DNA of 64,000 nucleotides from positions 6,082-70,081 of the forward strand of contig JBFMFR010000027.1 in NCBI GenBank assembly GCA_040752025.1, written 5' to 3'. The notes under the pieces are model-generated. The model searched no databases and was not told the origin of the DNA. It saw only the letters and a list, made by a program, of their open reading frames with translations. A program made the translations under genes and the position numbers. Below are positions 61,879-64,000 of the stretch, piece after piece; position 1 is the first letter of the stretch; every line of letters starts with the position of its first letter. Source of the DNA: Chloroflexota bacterium. Its GTDB lineage: Bacteria > Chloroflexota > Anaerolineae > Anaerolineales > UBA4823.

Positions 61879-63147
61879 TTAATGACTGGGTGGGGTGACC
61901 ACGGGCGAGCGCGACCAGAACTGGTCGTACTCGGTGGTGCCATCGCCGAAGATAGCGCCCTTGCCGGCAACAACTTTGCCGTCTTGCCAGCGCAATACGT
62001 GCGCCACTTCGATGTCCATGGTCTTATCGGGCTGGTCGGCACGCTGACCGCGGTTGCGGGTGAGGTCCACGGAGTATTCGCCGGTCACCAACACCTTGCC
62101 AGCGATCGGCTCCATGTTGAAGCTGTGACCTGAAAGCTCGCCAACCTGCCCCATGAAGGCCAGGAATTCATCCAGGCCGTAGTACCAACCGGACAGCTCG
62201 TTGTGTCCCGGAACCTGCCAGACCATATCCTGGGCCCAGTACTGTCGAACGCGGTTGATATCGCCGGAGGCCAGGGCGCCATAGGCTGCCAAAACGTGCT
62301 CGGGTGTGACTGCCGCTTCGATTTCCACGGATGCGCCGGCCTGTTGCTCGGGACCCGGGATGGCGCCCATCTGCTGCATCATGCCAAGCATGTTGAGCTC
62401 GCCCCAGCCCTCGGTGATCTTTCCGTTGATCACCCGGTCGATGCCGATAGAAGTCACCTCGACCTTCTTGCCGCTGGCCGGGATGCCATAGAACTCTCCC
62501 TGGTGAGTGCCGCGGAAGGTCATGCGGATGGCCGACAGATCACCTTCAGTGATGATATCGTCCATGGTCATGTGACCGTCTGGGAAAGCGGCGTGCCAGA
62601 TGCGCACCATGCCGGCGACGCCATCCGGGCCCTGCTTGATGTCCTGTCCGCCAGCGCCGTGGGCGGTGAACTCGGCATCCACCAGCTCCTGGGTGATGGC
62701 GTAGTTCTTCTGGTTCCACAACTGCTCGAACCAGCGCTCGAACAATACCCGGTGTTCCTCGGCTTTCGAAGCAGACTGCTTAGCCGTGCCCAGACGGACG
62801 GTGCGATTACCGCCCAACACCATCGTGGCAGGCGCGCCGGACTGCGGCATTTGGAAAATCAGCTCTACTTCCTCACCGAAGGCAATCGTATCGCCTGATT
62901 GCAAGATGGCCTGATTCTGGACACGGCTGCCATTCACAAACGTGCCATTGGTAGAAGCCAGGTCTTCCAACACCCAGGTGCCGTTTTGGGAAACCAGGCG
63001 AGCGTGACGGCGCGACAGCGCCCGGTCATCGATCGCGATCGAATTGGACTCATCCCGACCCAGGGAGATATTATCCCCTTCCAGTTCGAAGACCTGGCCA
63101 GGATTGGGCCCTTTCTGCATTACTATCTGAAATGATTGCGAAGCCAT
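61879..63147 (-). CDS. FHA + ester cyclase + SnoaL-like fusion
   Basis: FHA 'LGRD...SRRHA...DL.STNGTFVNG', then two NTF2-like domains. Confidence 0.9.
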   Translation of the reverse strand: MASQSFQIVMQKGPNPGQVFELEGDNISLGRDESNSIAIDDRALSRRHARLVSQNGTWVLEDLASTNGTFVNGSRVQNQAILQSGDTIAFGEEVELIFQMPQSGAPATMVLGGNRTVRLGTAKQSASKAEEHRVLFERWFEQLWNQKNYAITQELVDAEFTAHGAGGQDIKQGPDGVAGMVRIWHAAFPDGHMTMDDIITEGDLSAIRMTFRGTHQGEFYGIPASGKKVEVTSIGIDRVINGKITEGWGELNMLGMMQQMGAIPGPEQQAGASVEIEAAVTPEHVLAAYGALASGDINRVRQYWAQDMVWQVPGHNELSGWYYGLDEFLAFMGQVGELSGHSFNMEPIAGKVLVTGEYSVDLTRNRGQRADQPDKTMDIEVAHVLRWQDGKVVAGKGAIFGDGTTEYDQFWSRSPVVTPPSH

Positions 63148-63206
63148 TCACTTCCTCCTGATCTATGGGAGAAATCGGATTTTCGGTAAAAAACCCGATT
63201 TCTGGC

Positions 63207-63566
63207 TTAGCTGCCTTCCCAGATCTTCTGGGCGTTGGCATTCTTGCCGTCTGTATCCGCGGCTTGCTGGGCAGTAGCCTGCTGAGAGGCAGCCTGCTGC
63301 TCCACGAAGTTGCGCATGATGTCGTTAGAGACCTGGTGCATACCTGCATACTCAGGGCCGTACAGGAAAGGCAGGTCGGGCAGCGGTTTGCCGGCGATCG
63401 ACCACTCGTAGAGCGGCGTTTCCTGGATGATGCAATAGGTATAAGGGCGGGCAACTTCCCCAACTACACTGATAAAAGTATCGGTCATCTTCTGAAGTAG
63501 TTCGCGCTTCTGCTCAGGGCTGGTCAATACAACACCCTGGATGGCCTGGATCGTGATAATAGGCAT
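63207..63566 (-). CDS. 4-oxalocrotonate tautomerase family protein
   Basis: N-terminal Pro (MPIITI), 'EQKREL..K.TD', 'W.IAGK'. Confidence 0.85.
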   Translation of the reverse strand: MPIITIQAIQGVVLTSPEQKRELLQKMTDTFISVVGEVARPYTYCIIQETPLYEWSIAGKPLPDLPFLYGPEYAGMHQVSNDIMRNFVEQQAASQQATAQQAADTDGKNANAQKIWEGS

Positions 63567-63583
63567 GAGATTTCTCCTTCGTT

Positions 63584-63612
63584 GTAGGGGCGGGTCTGAG
63601 ACCCGCCCCTAC
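63584..63612. repeat. GTAG-type REP palindrome
   Basis: gtaggggcgggtct-g-agacccgcccctac perfect inverted repeat. Confidence 0.8.
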
Positions 63613-63620
63613 CATAATTG

Positions 63621-64000
63621 TTAATGGCTGGGCGGGGTAACCACCGGCGAGCGCGACCAGAACTGGTTGTACTCGGTGGCGCCGTCACCAAAGATGGCGC
63701 CTTTTCCGGCAATGACTCTACCGTCACGCCAGCGAAGTACGTGAACCACCTCAATATCCATGGTCTTCTCTGTATCCCCGGCGCGGTGGCCGCGGTTGCG
63801 GGTCAGGTCAGCGGAGTATTCACCGGTGACGATTACTTCACCAGCAATCGACTCCATATTGAAGCTGTTACCGGAAAGCTCACCAACCTTACCCATGAAG
63901 GCCAGGAATTCATTCAGGCCGTGATACCAGCCGGAAAGACGGTTGTGCCCCGGCACTTGCCAGACCATATCTTCATCCCAGTACTGCCGGACGCGTTCAA
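63621..64000 (-). CDS. 5'-truncated SnoaL-like protein, paralogue of the last domain of the FHA fusion
   Basis: Shares 'DMVWQVPGHN.LSGWY.GL.EFLAFMG.VGELSG...FWSRSPVVTPPSH'; frame open to window edge. Confidence 0.85.
   Translation of the reverse strand, partial: ERVRQYWDEDMVWQVPGHNRLSGWYHGLNEFLAFMGKVGELSGNSFNMESIAGEVIVTGEYSADLTRNRGHRAGDTEKTMDIEVVHVLRWRDGRVIAGKGAIFGDGATEYNQFWSRSPVVTPPSH

Overview
GC-rich (roughly 60-65% by eye) bacterial chromosome segment, most likely Chloroflexota/Anaerolineae (inferred from 'VFLPMVVR'/'YYLPLI' C-terminal motifs, a BTAD regulator, an EAD1-NB-ARC-TPR protein and GTAG-type REP palindromes). 1-38.5 kb holds mostly minus-strand accessory and housekeeping genes: HIT, GNATs, PRTase, membrane-fused nucleoside hydrolase, BTAD regulator, MFS, TetR, EamA/MocR, cysteine desulfurase, DRG-like GTPase, tRNA-Lys(CTT), a PQQ-dehydrogenase/pentaheme cytochrome fusion, higBA, aminopeptidase and typA. 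38.7-45.4 kb is an AT-rich, defence-like island: a TIGR04255 three-gene cassette flanked by a duplicated promoter, then a TM protein with an SSB-like tail, a UG/Abi-type reverse transcriptase, a HEPN (TIGR02391-like) protein and a 2TM-DUF6879-like protein. An NLR-like EAD1-NB-ARC-TPR gene follows. 49-64 kb is a long minus-strand cluster with 8 SnoaL/NTF2 domains, tautomerase, GMC oxidoreductase, DJ-1, VOC, AGE-epimerase, glgX and a partner-switching module. The best signals absent from the ORF track are a 46-aa Cys-rich leader peptide whose stop codon overlaps a terminator in front of the cysteine desulfurase, and two independently promoted ~45-nt hairpin RNAs with an identical C-rich apical stem-loop and fully covarying lower stems. 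Family assignments are from motif recognition only; no searches were run.
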